64,000 nucleotides of DNA from Eubacteriales bacterium (GTDB taxonomy: Bacteria > Bacillota > Clostridia > Oscillospirales > CAG-272), in contig JAZNBB010000011.1 in NCBI GenBank assembly GCA_045586845.1, positions 8,023 through 72,022 of the forward strand, written 5' to 3'. Shown piece after piece: positions 48,926-59,180 of this stretch. Under the pieces are notes generated by a model that saw nothing but the letters and a program-made list of their open reading frames with translations, did not search any database and was not told where the DNA came from. The position numbers and the translations under genes are program-made. Each line of letters starts with the position of its first letter. Positions within the stretch are counted from its first letter, which is position 1.

Positions 48926-49474
48926 ATGATATTACAACCCAAACAAATCACATTAAAGAACGGCAGAACGGCGATCCTGCGCACACCCGAGGTATCGGAT
49001 GCAGCAGAAATGCTGGCATACATCACAAAGGCATGCGGCGAAACCGAATTCTTGGCACGCTATCCCGAGGAATGGGCAAGTATGTCAATTGAACGTGAGC
49101 AGGCTTGGATAAAAAATCTACGCGAGTCCCCGGGCAGCCTTGCCATTACCTGCTTTGTGGACGGAGAGCTGGCGGGCAACTGCGAGATCGGGTTCAAGCC
49201 GGGCATCAAAATGGGGCACAGAGCCACCGTTGCCATTGCGATCTTGCAGGAATACTGGGGGCTTGGTATCGGCTCCGCCATGTTTGAAGAGATGTTCGCG
49301 GCGGCACGGGAGCACGGCACCATGATCATGGAGTTAGAATTTATCGAAGGCAACGACCGCGCGCGGCATCTGTATGAAAAATTCGGTTTTCGCATCGTTG
49401 CCGAAAAGCCCAACGCCATTCGACTACGGGACGGAAAGCTGCTGAGTGAATTTATCATGCAAAAGCATTTGTAA
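48926..49474 (+). CDS. GNAT family N-acetyltransferase
   Basis: 'ILQEYWGLGIGS', 'GNDRARHLYEKFGF'. Confidence 0.9.
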   Translation: MILQPKQITLKNGRTAILRTPEVSDAAEMLAYITKACGETEFLARYPEEWASMSIEREQAWIKNLRESPGSLAITCFVDGELAGNCEIGFKPGIKMGHRATVAIAILQEYWGLGIGSAMFEEMFAAAREHGTMIMELEFIEGNDRARHLYEKFGFRIVAEKPNAIRLRDGKLLSEFIMQKHL

Positions 49475-49481
49475 AGCAGAA

Positions 49482-49505
49482 CGGACAGGCGTCCTCGACT
49501 GTCCG
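49482..49505. repeat. REP-like palindrome remnant
   Basis: CGGACAG-gcgtcctcga-CTGTCCG; core GTCCTCGAC is the reverse complement of GTCGAGGAC at 12649. Confidence 0.5.
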
Positions 49506-49570
49506 CTTGCGCGTTACAATAGACATATGGATGAATCCAATTCGGTGTTATAACCAAACATACCCGATTC

Positions 49571-49610
49571 AAAAATCTCCTCCCTGCCTTGGGCAAGGAG
49601 GAGATTTTTT
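49571..49610. terminator. Bidirectional terminator
   Basis: AAAAATCTCCTCC..GGAGGAGATTTTT between convergent genes. Confidence 0.75.
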
Positions 49611-49631
49611 ATGCAAATTTCTTATGCGATT

Positions 49632-50075
49632 TTATTCTACGACGACCACGCCGCCCTCTTTGACGGTCACGCTCATGCCGTCCTTGACGTATGCAAGAAA
49701 TTCATCGCCAAGGCAATCGATAACGGGCATGGTAACGCCCTCTACCCACACGTCGGCAAGCACCGCGCCTGCGGCTGCGAGTGAGTCGATATGGTTTGCA
49801 AACAACATACAGGCAGGTTGCTTGTGCAAAGCACAAGCGCAATACAGTACAAGACCGCCCGTGGTGGAGCCGATGGTCTGCGGCAGGCACAAAGCCTTTC
49901 CAATCATGGGCTTCCCGTGCAGATCTGCATTGTTCTGGTCGCCGCACTTGACCTCTTTGTCACCAAACTGCAACGCCATCTGAAAGGATGCCAGCGTGTT
50001 AAAGCCCTGCGTGGAAACAAGCGCCTCTGCCTTGACCTCACCGGGGGTGACTACTCTACCTTTAAACTCTTTCAT
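49632..50075 (-). CDS. Aconitase X swivel (small) subunit, DUF126
   Basis: 'FKGRVVTPG....EALVS', 'DLHGK...GK.LCLP.TIGST.G'. Confidence 0.85.
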   Translation of the reverse strand: MKEFKGRVVTPGEVKAEALVSTQGFNTLASFQMALQFGDKEVKCGDQNNADLHGKPMIGKALCLPQTIGSTTGGLVLYCACALHKQPACMLFANHIDSLAAAGAVLADVWVEGVTMPVIDCLGDEFLAYVKDGMSVTVKEGGVVVVE

Positions 50076-51349
50076 GCGTTCTTACCTCCCGTAATGATCT
50101 GCAATATCTCCTCGTCTCGATAGTATCTCGAGCTGGTATAGGTGCGCAACTTATTTGACGAGGTGATGACCGGCATCTTCTTGCAAAGCGGATTGTTCAT
50201 GTACATCAAAGGACAAATATACGAGGTGATGACACCCGTTGCCTTGAGTCTTGCGGCGTAATCGGTGGCATTGAACGCCTCCAGCACGCCGGGAGCGGCG
50301 GTCAGCACGGTGGGAATGAGCACCTTCTTTTTGCCGTTGGCGGCAAGTGCGCCTTCAATATTATCAGTCCATGTCTTGAGCTGCTCCAGAGACAGGTGCG
50401 GACAACCCACAAAGCACAGCTTGGGCGTTGCGTCCTCGTTCTTCCACATCACGGGATATTCTCTCTGCACTCTTGTAAGCTCTGCGTCGTCAATGACGTA
50501 CTCACGTGCGCCTTCTGCGATCAATGACTCACCCAACTCAACTGCCTCGGGGGTCAGATTGGCAATGTGGTAAAGTCCGACCGCACCGTTGGATGCAGTT
50601 GCAGCGCCAAAATCCTTGAGGTATGCACAGGTTGCGTCGTTGAGCTCGGTGCCGATCCATTGATCAAGTCCTACGACGTAAGGCACGTCCTCCATGACCT
50701 TCATACCGATGGCAGAGCCAAGCAGCTGCGCCTCGGGCTTTCTTGTGGTCTTGATCTTGACAACCCAGGTAGCCTTTCTGCCCTCGTCGGTCAGCAAGCC
50801 AAAGTAAGGCACGTAACCCACGATAGAGCCCATAATATCAATAATTCCCGAGTTACGGTTGCAGCGAGCCCCCAGCACACTGTTTGCGTACACAACTGCC
50901 GAGGATTCTGCCCAGGACAGCACGTCACCCTTTTTCGGCTTGTTGCCAACCTCATCCATGTAGCAGGTGCAGGTGAACGCTTTGTCGTCCATCAGCCCCA
51001 GCTCATGCAGCTGTTTCTCATAAAAATCCTGCTTGGTATACATGAACTTGTTGAATACAAAATTCTGCAGGAAATTTGCGGGCACGTTCTTATCAATGGG
51101 TCTGGGGTCAACCGAGAATTTCTGCCCCGAGAAAACACCTGCATCCAGCAGCTGCTGCATCAGGTCGTACACGGGGGACATGACCTTCAGACCAAACGAA
51201 GTAACCAAATGGTTATATTCCGAGGTGATGGGCACAAGCTTTTCAGCCTCAAATGCATCACCATACATGACAAGCGTTTTCATGACCTTGGCAAGCGTTT
51301 CGCCCTGCGCACCGTCCAAAATCGCCTGTTGTTCTTTTGTCAGTATCAT
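50072..51349 (-). CDS. Aconitase X catalytic (large) subunit, DUF521
   Basis: 'MILTKEQQAILDG..G', 'FTCTCY', 'WAESSAVVYANSVLGARCNR', 'GCPH', 'TSSNK...Y'. Confidence 0.9.
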   Translation of the reverse strand: MILTKEQQAILDGAQGETLAKVMKTLVMYGDAFEAEKLVPITSEYNHLVTSFGLKVMSPVYDLMQQLLDAGVFSGQKFSVDPRPIDKNVPANFLQNFVFNKFMYTKQDFYEKQLHELGLMDDKAFTCTCYMDEVGNKPKKGDVLSWAESSAVVYANSVLGARCNRNSGIIDIMGSIVGYVPYFGLLTDEGRKATWVVKIKTTRKPEAQLLGSAIGMKVMEDVPYVVGLDQWIGTELNDATCAYLKDFGAATASNGAVGLYHIANLTPEAVELGESLIAEGAREYVIDDAELTRVQREYPVMWKNEDATPKLCFVGCPHLSLEQLKTWTDNIEGALAANGKKKVLIPTVLTAAPGVLEAFNATDYAARLKATGVITSYICPLMYMNNPLCKKMPVITSSNKLRTYTSSRYYRDEEILQIITGGKNA

Positions 51350-51414
51350 AGACAATCATCCTTTCATGAATGAATTTCAATTCAATTGATTGCAGTGCGG
51401 AGAAAATCCACCTC

Positions 51415-51507
51415 ATTACTCGCGCAAAGCGCGAATATCACTGCGGCTCTGCCGCAATATCACTTGCGCGCAGCGCAAATATCACTCGTGCGAAGCACGA
51501 ATATCTC
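51415..51507 (-). repeat. Array of 4 units with exact 22-nt period: GTGATAT linker plus variable 6-bp hairpin
   Basis: Plus strand ATATCAC at 51435, 51457, 51479 and ATATCTC at 51501, separating TCGCGC/GCGCGA, TGCGGC/GCCGCA, TTGCGC/GCGCAA, TCGTGC/GCACGA. Confidence 0.92.
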
Positions 51508-51521
51508 TGCAATGAAGCTGT

Positions 51522-53588
51522 TTACAGCTTCATTGCCACATCCCACGCACCCCAAATGACAGTGCGCAGATTGCCCACAGCCTTGGCATCACCGATCACG
51601 TGTACGCCCTTGGTGGTCAGCGGTGCGGGATTGTAACCGACAGACAAAACGACCGAATCCGCATCGATCTGCTCAGTCGCGCCGTCCTTGCGCTTGATTA
51701 CGACGCCCTGCTCGTTGATCTCAGACACACCGGTTTCCAGGAACACGGGGACTTCGTTTGCCTTAAAGTAGTCGCGCAGATAGCTTGTGTTTGCCAGACA
51801 AATGCCCTTGGTGGTGATCAGATCGTCCTGCATTTCCACAATGATCGGCATTTTGCCCTGCAGGCACAGCTCATATGCGATCTCGCAACCGGTCAGGCCG
51901 CCACCGATTACGACCACCTTGTTGCCAACCGTTTTGTTTCCAAGCAGGAAGTCAACAGCCTCGATCGAACGCTCTACACCGGGAATCGGGATGCGCTTAG
52001 CCACGGCACCGGTTGCAACGATGACCTCATCGGCATCCAAAGACTTGACATCCTTGACTTCGGTGTTCATCTTAACCTCAATAGGATGCTTGGCGATCTC
52101 GCGGATATACCACTTGATCAAATCGCGGTCCTTTTCCTTGAAGGAAGGCGCAGCGGCTGCAATAAATACGCCGCCCAGTTTATCGCTCTTTTCGTACAAG
52201 GTGACCTTGTGGCCGCGCTTCGCGCACACGATAGCTGCTTCCATACCGCCAATGCCGCCGCCGATGACAGCGATCTTCTTTTGCTTCTTGGCGGGAACAA
52301 TATGGTATTTTTTAGACTGCATGGTCTCCGGATTGATCGCACAGCGGGAAAGTCCCATGGTGTCGGTCAGATCCTGCGTGTTGGCATGACCCTTGGATGA
52401 GGAGAAATTAAAGCAAGCGTTATGGCAACAGATGCAGGGTTTGATATCCTCCAGTCTGTCCTCGATCAGCTTGGTGATCCACGCGGGATCAGCCAAGAAC
52501 TGGCGAGCTACGCCCATCGCGTCGATCTTGCCCTCGGCTATTGCCGCAGCACCCACGTCGGGTTCCATTCTGCCCGCGCAGACCACGGGAATGTCCACAA
52601 ATTTCTTGATGTGCGCAACGTCCTCAAGGTTGCAGTTTTGAGGCATATACATCGGCGGATGCGCCCAATACCAGGAGTCGTAGGTGCCATTATCTGCGTT
52701 GAGCATATCGTAGCCAGCATCCTGCAGGAACTTTGCCGCCTTTTCGGACTCCTCCATGTTTCTGCCGACCTCTTCGTAGTCCTCTTCGGGCATAGCGCCC
52801 TCGCAAAAGCCCTTCATCTTGGATTCTACCGAGTAACGCAAAGATACGGGATAATCATTACCGCAGGCTTCCTTGATCGCCTTGACGATTTCTGCTGCAA
52901 AACGATAGCGGTTTTCAAAGCTTCCGCCGTAATCGTCGGTACGCTTATTAAAGAATTCGATTGCAAACTGGTCCAGGAGATAGCCCTCGTGTACTGCGTG
53001 TACCTCTACACCGTCTACACCCGCATCGTGGCAAAGCTTTGCGGTCTTGGCAAAAGCTTCGATGATCTCGTGGATCTGCTCTACCGTCATCTCGGGACAA
53101 ATGATGTCATGCGCCCATCTCGACGGCTGGGGGCTGGGACTTGCAAGCTCATGCGAGGTGTCGATCACGGGCTTGATCACGGCACGGGTGAACTTGTTTT
53201 TGTGTAAGGGTGCTATCAGCTCGGTGATCGCCCAGGAACGACCCATGCCTGCGGTCAGCTGAATAAACACCTTGGCACCTGTCTTGTGGATCTCATCCAT
53301 AAATTCCTTAAGATCCTCAAACATCTTGGGGTTCTGGTACAGCCACTTGCCCCAGAAGGTATCACGAATAGGCGCAATACCGGGGATGATCAGGCCGACG
53401 TTGTTGTTTGCGCGCTCCAAAAACAGCTTGGCAGCTTCCTTATCGAAATGGCAGCCGGTCAGTTCAAACCAACCAAACAGCGACGTACCACCCATGGGGC
53501 ACATAACGATGCGGTTTTTGATCTCGACGTTGCCAATCTTCCAAGGCGTAAACAACGCTTGGTACTTGGGATCGGTTTGATTGTTCAT
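51522..53588 (-). CDS. NADH:flavin oxidoreductase / 2-enoate reductase-like (OYE barrel, 4Fe-4S, FAD domains)
   Basis: '[11 protein letters not shown]', '[13 protein letters not shown]', '[16 protein letters not shown]', 'CICCHNAC', two GxGxxG motifs; AGGAG SD before ATG 53588. Confidence 0.9.
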   Translation of the reverse strand: MNNQTDPKYQALFTPWKIGNVEIKNRIVMCPMGGTSLFGWFELTGCHFDKEAAKLFLERANNNVGLIIPGIAPIRDTFWGKWLYQNPKMFEDLKEFMDEIHKTGAKVFIQLTAGMGRSWAITELIAPLHKNKFTRAVIKPVIDTSHELASPSPQPSRWAHDIICPEMTVEQIHEIIEAFAKTAKLCHDAGVDGVEVHAVHEGYLLDQFAIEFFNKRTDDYGGSFENRYRFAAEIVKAIKEACGNDYPVSLRYSVESKMKGFCEGAMPEEDYEEVGRNMEESEKAAKFLQDAGYDMLNADNGTYDSWYWAHPPMYMPQNCNLEDVAHIKKFVDIPVVCAGRMEPDVGAAAIAEGKIDAMGVARQFLADPAWITKLIEDRLEDIKPCICCHNACFNFSSSKGHANTQDLTDTMGLSRCAINPETMQSKKYHIVPAKKQKKIAVIGGGIGGMEAAIVCAKRGHKVTLYEKSDKLGGVFIAAAAPSFKEKDRDLIKWYIREIAKHPIEVKMNTEVKDVKSLDADEVIVATGAVAKRIPIPGVERSIEAVDFLLGNKTVGNKVVVIGGGLTGCEIAYELCLQGKMPIIVEMQDDLITTKGICLANTSYLRDYFKANEVPVFLETGVSEINEQGVVIKRKDGATEQIDADSVVLSVGYNPAPLTTKGVHVIGDAKAVGNLRTVIWGAWDVAMKL

Positions 53589-53622
53589 AACGCTTCTCCT
53601 ATGTAAAAATTTTTTATTATTC

Positions 53623-55017
53623 TTATTTACCAACGCAGAAATGCGCGAAAATGCCCGCAACCACGTCTTCGGATACGGCTCTGCCGTCCACCTCAGCAAG
53701 TGCCTCTGCCGCCTGCTCGACATCCGAACAGCAAAGGTCGATGGGCAGCCCCATCCTTACAGCCGAGAGTGCCTGCTCCAGACGTTCGGCAGCTAAGATC
53801 AGGGCGGCATGCTGGCGTGCATTTGCCACCACTGCATCGTGGCGCAGATCGATTGCGCCATCAATAAATTGCTGCTCGACTATGCGCACAAGTGCCTCGC
53901 AGCCCTCGCCCGTCATGGCGGACAGGCAGACGACCGCACGCACACACGGTGCAAGTCTTGCTCGCACGGCATCGATCTGCGCAACTGTTGCCGTGTCGGT
54001 CTTATTGATCACACCGATTACGCAGCCGCTATGTTCCGAGAGCTTCTCGAGCAGGTCGTCATCCTCATCTGTCAGTTCCGCACACGCATCAAACACAGCA
54101 AGCACCAGTTCTGCGCTCTCCAGATATTCCAAGGCGCGTTGAATGCCAATCTGCTCCACGTAATCGTCCGACCGGCGCAACCCCGCCGTATCGTGCAAGC
54201 GCACCGTCACGCGTCCGATGGCTGCCGTTTGGCTCAGCACGTCACGCGTCGTTCCCGCAATATCGGTCACGATCGCCGCTTCCCTGCCCACTATGTGGTT
54301 ATAAAGCGAGCTTTTCCCGCCGTTTGCCTTGCCCACGATGACCGTAGGAATGCCCTCGGCAACCGCGTGTCCCGTGCGGTAGGTATCAGCAAGCGTCTTT
54401 GTCTTGTCAAGCGACTTGGTCAGCTGTGCTTGTATCTGCTCGCGGCTCATGTCCGCAAGATCCTCGTCAGGATAGTCAATGACTGCAAAAATGCTGGAAA
54501 GCACTAAGCAAAGCCCCTCGTATATTTCGTTGGTTTTTTTACTCAGTCCTCCACGCATCCCTGCGCCCGAGAGCAGCATCTGCTCGCGCGTGCCCGCTTC
54601 CAGAAGATTTCCCAGCGCCTCGGCAGCCGAAAGCCCCAGCTTTCCGTTGATAAACGCGCGCTTGGTAAACTCACCTGCCTCGGCAGGTCTCGCGCCGGCC
54701 GCCAAAAGACAGGTCAGCACGGTCTGCGTGACCAGAATGCCGCCGTGACAGGTGATCTCCACGGTATCCTCGCCCGTAAACGAATGCGGTGCGCGGAACA
54801 CCACCGCCATGCCGTCATCCACCTGCGTGCCGTCGGCAGCGTCAATGATGCGCCCGTAGGTCATATAATTGGCACCCACGTCCCCCAAAGCCTTGCCGCT
54901 TACGGGAAAGAATACGCGCTCGGCAATCTCCACGGCTCTCTCGCCGCTGACGCGCAAAAGCGCAACCCCACCCTTGCCGTACGGGGTGCTTACGGCAGCA
55001 ATGGTATCCGTAATCAT
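53623..55017 (-). CDS. mnmE: tRNA modification GTPase
   Basis: '[18 protein letters not shown]', '[15 protein letters not shown]', 'GTTRD', 'DTAG', 'NKTD', 'FCVGK'. Confidence 0.96.
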   Translation of the reverse strand: MITDTIAAVSTPYGKGGVALLRVSGERAVEIAERVFFPVSGKALGDVGANYMTYGRIIDAADGTQVDDGMAVVFRAPHSFTGEDTVEITCHGGILVTQTVLTCLLAAGARPAEAGEFTKRAFINGKLGLSAAEALGNLLEAGTREQMLLSGAGMRGGLSKKTNEIYEGLCLVLSSIFAVIDYPDEDLADMSREQIQAQLTKSLDKTKTLADTYRTGHAVAEGIPTVIVGKANGGKSSLYNHIVGREAAIVTDIAGTTRDVLSQTAAIGRVTVRLHDTAGLRRSDDYVEQIGIQRALEYLESAELVLAVFDACAELTDEDDDLLEKLSEHSGCVIGVINKTDTATVAQIDAVRARLAPCVRAVVCLSAMTGEGCEALVRIVEQQFIDGAIDLRHDAVVANARQHAALILAAERLEQALSAVRMGLPIDLCCSDVEQAAEALAEVDGRAVSEDVVAGIFAHFCVGK

Positions 55018-55051
55018 ATAAAAACCTCTTTGTCCATAATATATCATTTTA

Positions 55052-55080
55052 ATTATAAACCATTATTATGCGTTTGTCAA
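55052..55080 (-). promoter_or_regulatory. Sigma-A promoter of mnmE
   Basis: Minus strand TTGACA-N17-TATAAT. Confidence 0.75.
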
Positions 55081-55178
55081 GTTAGTTTATGGCAAGGGAG
55101 GAGGAGCAAGCCCCTCCCTATTGATGCAAACTACTTTTCCACGCAAAAAGGGTTGCCCGCGGGCAGCCCTTTTTGCAT

Positions 55179-55706
55179 TTATTCATTTTCGGTCTTTTTT
55201 GCTTTCCTGAACACCAAGAATTTGCCGATGATATAATTGGCAACAATGTTGGCAACCGAAGCGATGCCCATGGCAAACAGCTCAATGCCCGCACCGCGAT
55301 ACTGCGAAAGATCCACGGTCAGTACTTCCATCTGTTCAGGCAGAATAGCACCCAGTGCCCATACAACACCGAGATTGAGCAGCCACTCAAACAGCACGAA
55401 GGTAGCAAGCCTGCCGCCAAAGAACTCAGCCATCTGCACCCAGATATTTGCCTTTTTATCCGCATCCTTGAACACATAAACACGGTTGGTAAAGAATGCA
55501 AACAGCACAGCGCAGATCCACGATATCACACTGGCAACCGTAAACAGCACTGTATATTGCACGCTCAACTCATCCTCGATAGCAAAGATCGCCTTGCCCG
55601 GCCACAGAATACCAAAGCGCACCACCCAGCTGACAAGCGTAGTCAGCACGCCGAACACCAGGTACATGACCGCTTCCTTGGTGGTCTTTTTTGCGTTATT
55701 TTCCAT
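55179..55706 (-). CDS. GtrA family membrane protein
   Basis: 'YLVFGVLTTLV', 'FAFFTNRVYVF', 'NYIIGKFLVF'. Confidence 0.88.
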   Translation of the reverse strand: MENNAKKTTKEAVMYLVFGVLTTLVSWVVRFGILWPGKAIFAIEDELSVQYTVLFTVASVISWICAVLFAFFTNRVYVFKDADKKANIWVQMAEFFGGRLATFVLFEWLLNLGVVWALGAILPEQMEVLTVDLSQYRGAGIELFAMGIASVANIVANYIIGKFLVFRKAKKTENE

Positions 55707-55724
55707 ATTGATTATTTTTCTCTC

Positions 55725-57167
55725 TTATTTGTTGATTTGGTAGGTAGTGCCCTCGCGGGAGTCGATCAGCGTCACGCCCTTATCCAGCAGGTATTGGCGG
55801 ATGCGGTCAGCCTCGGCAAAATCCTTTGCCTTCTTGGCAGCGGCTCTTTGATCGATCAGCGAAAGGATCTCAGCAACAAAAGGATCCTTCATGGCTTGTT
55901 CGCGCTCTGCTCTCTCCGCTTCTTCCTTTTCTGCGCGACGCTTGTCTGCAGTCTGTACCAACTCCAAGGAAAGCACCGCATCAAAATCCATGAGCAGCGC
56001 GCGCTTGGTTGCATCGTTGCACTTTGCCTTGAGCACGTCGTACACCGCGGTGATGGCAAGCGAAGTGTTCAGGTCATTGTCCAGCGCCTTTGCAAACGCC
56101 GCCCTGCCCTGTGCGAAAGCCTCTGCTTCCACCTCACCATCGGGAGAAAGCTGCATGACGCGCGCAATCAGCTTTTCGTAAGCAGCAACGGCGTTGTCAA
56201 GGTTCTCCCAAGAGAACACGAGCGACTTACGATAATGCGATTGCAGGCAGAAAAACCTGTAAGCGAGCGGATCGTATCCCTTGCTCTCCAGCAGCGACAC
56301 AGTCAGAAATTCGCCCGACGATTTGCTCATCTTGCCGCTGTCGGTATTCAGGTGCAGTACGTGGAACCAGTAATTGCACCACTTGTGGCCAATATACGCC
56401 TCGCTCTGCGCGATCTCATTGGTATGGTGCGGGAACGCGTTGTCAATGCCGCCGCAGTGAATGTCGAGGTACTCACCAAGGTACTTCATGGAAATACCCG
56501 AGCACTCAATGTGCCAGCCGGGATAGCCGACGCCCCATGGCGACTCCCATTTGAGCTCCTGGTCGTCAAACTTGGACTTGGTGAACCAAAGCACAAAGTC
56601 CGCCTTGTTTCTCTTGTTCTCGTCCTTCTCAACACCCTCGCGCACGCCCTCGGCAAGATCATCCTCCGAGAAATCGTTGAACACGTAGTATTTGTCAAGC
56701 TTTGCGGTATCAAAATAGATATTGCCGCCCGCCTCGTAAGCATAGTCCTTATCCAAAAGACCCTGCACAAGATCGATAAACTCCTTAATACAACCGGTTG
56801 CGGGCTGTACGATATCGGGTGTCTTGATATTCAGCTTTTTGCAATCCGCAAAAAACGCATCGGTATAGTATTGTGCGATCTCCATGACTGTTTTATGCTC
56901 GCGCTTGGCGCCCTTGAGCATCTTATCCTCGCCCTCGTCGGCGTCGCTTGTCAGGTGACCGACATCGGTGATATTCATAACGCGCGTCACGTCATAGCCC
57001 GCGTAGCGCAGATACTTCTCCAGCACATCCTCCATGATGTAGGTGCGCAGATTGCCGATGTGCGCGTAGTGATACACGGTAGGTCCGCAGGTATAGATGC
57101 TGACCTTGCCCGGCTCGTGAGGCACGAATTCTTCTCTTTTATGCGAAAGTGAGTTATATAAGATCAT
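55725..57167 (-). CDS. cysS: Cysteine--tRNA ligase
   Basis: 'CGPTVY..AHIGN', 'PGWHIECS', 'HHTNEIAQ', KMSKS. Confidence 0.97.
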   Translation of the reverse strand: MILYNSLSHKREEFVPHEPGKVSIYTCGPTVYHYAHIGNLRTYIMEDVLEKYLRYAGYDVTRVMNITDVGHLTSDADEGEDKMLKGAKREHKTVMEIAQYYTDAFFADCKKLNIKTPDIVQPATGCIKEFIDLVQGLLDKDYAYEAGGNIYFDTAKLDKYYVFNDFSEDDLAEGVREGVEKDENKRNKADFVLWFTKSKFDDQELKWESPWGVGYPGWHIECSGISMKYLGEYLDIHCGGIDNAFPHHTNEIAQSEAYIGHKWCNYWFHVLHLNTDSGKMSKSSGEFLTVSLLESKGYDPLAYRFFCLQSHYRKSLVFSWENLDNAVAAYEKLIARVMQLSPDGEVEAEAFAQGRAAFAKALDNDLNTSLAITAVYDVLKAKCNDATKRALLMDFDAVLSLELVQTADKRRAEKEEAERAEREQAMKDPFVAEILSLIDQRAAAKKAKDFAEADRIRQYLLDKGVTLIDSREGTTYQINK

Positions 57168-57182
57168 AGTGAAAATCCATCC

Positions 57183-58052
57183 TTATCTGTTAGTTTGCAT
57201 CATACGCACAAGCGCGCGTGCCGCACCCAACGTGTCGGCAGCCAGCTGCTCACGGGTCTTGTCGTACATGGGCAGGTGCGAGGTCTTGGTTTCAAAATCA
57301 AGCACGCCCTCATAACCGACGGCGCATAGTCCCTTAACCACATCCGCCCAGTCGATCTGTCCCGTCAAAGGCACCAGATGCGCGTCCGTGCCGTCGTTGT
57401 CGTGCAGGTGGACCAGCGCAAGCGTCTTACCCAGCAGTTCGATCTCGTGGGATTGCCTAAGCCCCGCCGTATGGGCGTGTCCCGTATCCCAACAAGTATC
57501 AATGCCCAGCTTTTTTGCAATGGCAACGATCTCCACGGCGCGACAGCCGTACAAGTGGTCATGCTCGCTTTCCTTAGTGCTTGCCATATTCTCCACCGCA
57601 AGCGTAACGCCAAGCTTTGCCGCCTTTTCGCAAAGGGGGGTGAGATAGGAGACATTCTCGGCAAACCAATCCTGCTTGGATATGCGGCTCGAGTGGCGGG
57701 CAATGGGATGAATGACTGCGAGCGGGATACCCATCAAAGCAGCCGCTTCAATACCGCGCTCCTGCTCACGCGCAAAACGCTGCATAGCGACCTTGTCATC
57801 GGGATTGGGCATATAGAAAGGCAGGTGGCACACGGGTAAGCTCATACCAAGACTCGCAGCACGCGAAGCGGCGGCATACAGCACGCTCTGCCATGCGTCG
57901 TCAAGCAGACTGATATTTTCCAGTGACACGTCGGTAGCGGTATAGCCACAGTCGTGCAGATTCTGCAGCGAAGCAGACAGCGAATAGCGTCCGTCGGGAC
58001 ACCAACCGTAAAAGCGCGTGGGCACGCACGGGGTCAATGGCTTTGTATGCAT
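57183..58052 (-). CDS. Sugar phosphate isomerase/epimerase (xylose-isomerase-like TIM barrel)
   Basis: 'LAVENM', 'CWDTGHA', 'VHLHDN.G.DAHL.P..G.IDW'. Confidence 0.85.
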   Translation of the reverse strand: MHTKPLTPCVPTRFYGWCPDGRYSLSASLQNLHDCGYTATDVSLENISLLDDAWQSVLYAAASRAASLGMSLPVCHLPFYMPNPDDKVAMQRFAREQERGIEAAALMGIPLAVIHPIARHSSRISKQDWFAENVSYLTPLCEKAAKLGVTLAVENMASTKESEHDHLYGCRAVEIVAIAKKLGIDTCWDTGHAHTAGLRQSHEIELLGKTLALVHLHDNDGTDAHLVPLTGQIDWADVVKGLCAVGYEGVLDFETKTSHLPMYDKTREQLAADTLGAARALVRMMQTNR

Positions 58053-58160
58053 AACACCTCTCCTTTCATAAGATTCATCTTTATATTATAGCAAGTTTTA
58101 TTGAGTTTGTCAACTGTATTCGTCTTAACACAACCAAATTCAAAGAATGAAAAGTTTTGA

Positions 58161-59006
58161 TCAATTTTTTGCTTGTTCCGTGCGCACCCAGCTCTGCGCC
58201 CTGCCGATCTTCTCGCCCTCGGTCAATAGTCCCGCGCCGGTCAACATATGCAATGCGTAATACGCGTCCCTGCCACGCTGCCCCGAAGCAGCGGCATACG
58301 TTTTTGCCGTAAACTGCTCGGGCAGGGTATCGGGCAAAAACATTATGTAATCTTCTTTTTTATCCAAAACCACCGTACCGTACAGCGCGGTGGGGATCTT
58401 TTCATACCTTGATGCGCGCGCCTTTTTCTCTTTGCCGTAGCCGTCCAGCAGTCTGTATTCCTCGACCTCCAGGAGTAGCAGCTCAAAGCGCAATCTCGGG
58501 TTTTGCAAATGCTCGCGCAGCCAGTACAGCTCACTTGCCACCGCCGTGGGCTTTGTTACGTGTGGCTTTGCCGAACGCTTTTGTACCGTTCCCGTAGCAG
58601 GATCGATCCAGTTGATATGCTTGCGATACGGTACGGGTACCACCACGGTCACTACGTAGGGCGTGTGCTGCATATACCACGCAATCTTTGCGCGCATGGG
58701 ATACATACTGCCGGTCTGAATCTCCCAGATATTACTGCCGCGCAGCACATCGGCAACAAATCCGTTCCCTTTTATCTCCGCCGCATCTTCGCCAAGTGTA
58801 TCCTTGACGCGGATCTCGTGGCATGTTTCGTCCTGGCAGATATAATTCTTCAAGATTGCGTGCATACGCTTCTCAGACAGTGTACCGATGCCGTCCTCAA
58901 AATGCACGCCGCGCGCCACGTATCCAAGGCAGATTCGGGAAAAGCGCAAGGCATCCGCACTTGCAACGGCATCGGTCTGTATGGATTTTTGCGCCTTTTT
59001 TACCAT
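58161..59006 (-). CDS. Hypothetical protein, PD-(D/E)XK nuclease-like with a possible C-terminal wHTH
   Basis: 'IGTLSEK.MH..LK', 'FVADV.....WEIQT'. Confidence 0.65.
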   Translation of the reverse strand: MVKKAQKSIQTDAVASADALRFSRICLGYVARGVHFEDGIGTLSEKRMHAILKNYICQDETCHEIRVKDTLGEDAAEIKGNGFVADVLRGSNIWEIQTGSMYPMRAKIAWYMQHTPYVVTVVVPVPYRKHINWIDPATGTVQKRSAKPHVTKPTAVASELYWLREHLQNPRLRFELLLLEVEEYRLLDGYGKEKKARASRYEKIPTALYGTVVLDKKEDYIMFLPDTLPEQFTAKTYAAASGQRGRDAYYALHMLTGAGLLTEGEKIGRAQSWVRTEQAKN

Positions 59007-59180
59007 ATTCTGCCCCTTCCCGCTCCGCATGAAAAACGCGTTGCTAATCATACTAATTTTATCATAAAAATTCAATTTGTCAACCTTTCGTACAATTATT
59101 ACAAAGCATGATTTGTGACACTCGGGACATGATAACTACGGAACCATTCCACATTCACAATACAAAGGACGAATATTTCC

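Noticed and set aside
51522-53588. Bilirubin reductase (BilR) identity for the flavoenzyme
   Set aside because: The active-site segment reads HAVHEGY rather than the HGDR motif associated with BilR; enoate-reductase-like fits better
55173-57152. 659-aa plus-strand ORF and similar long antisense ORFs (7630-9063, 39326-40756, 31723-32922, 5903-7093)
   Set aside because: They shadow well-identified genes on the opposite strand and show no family motifs; expected from codon bias
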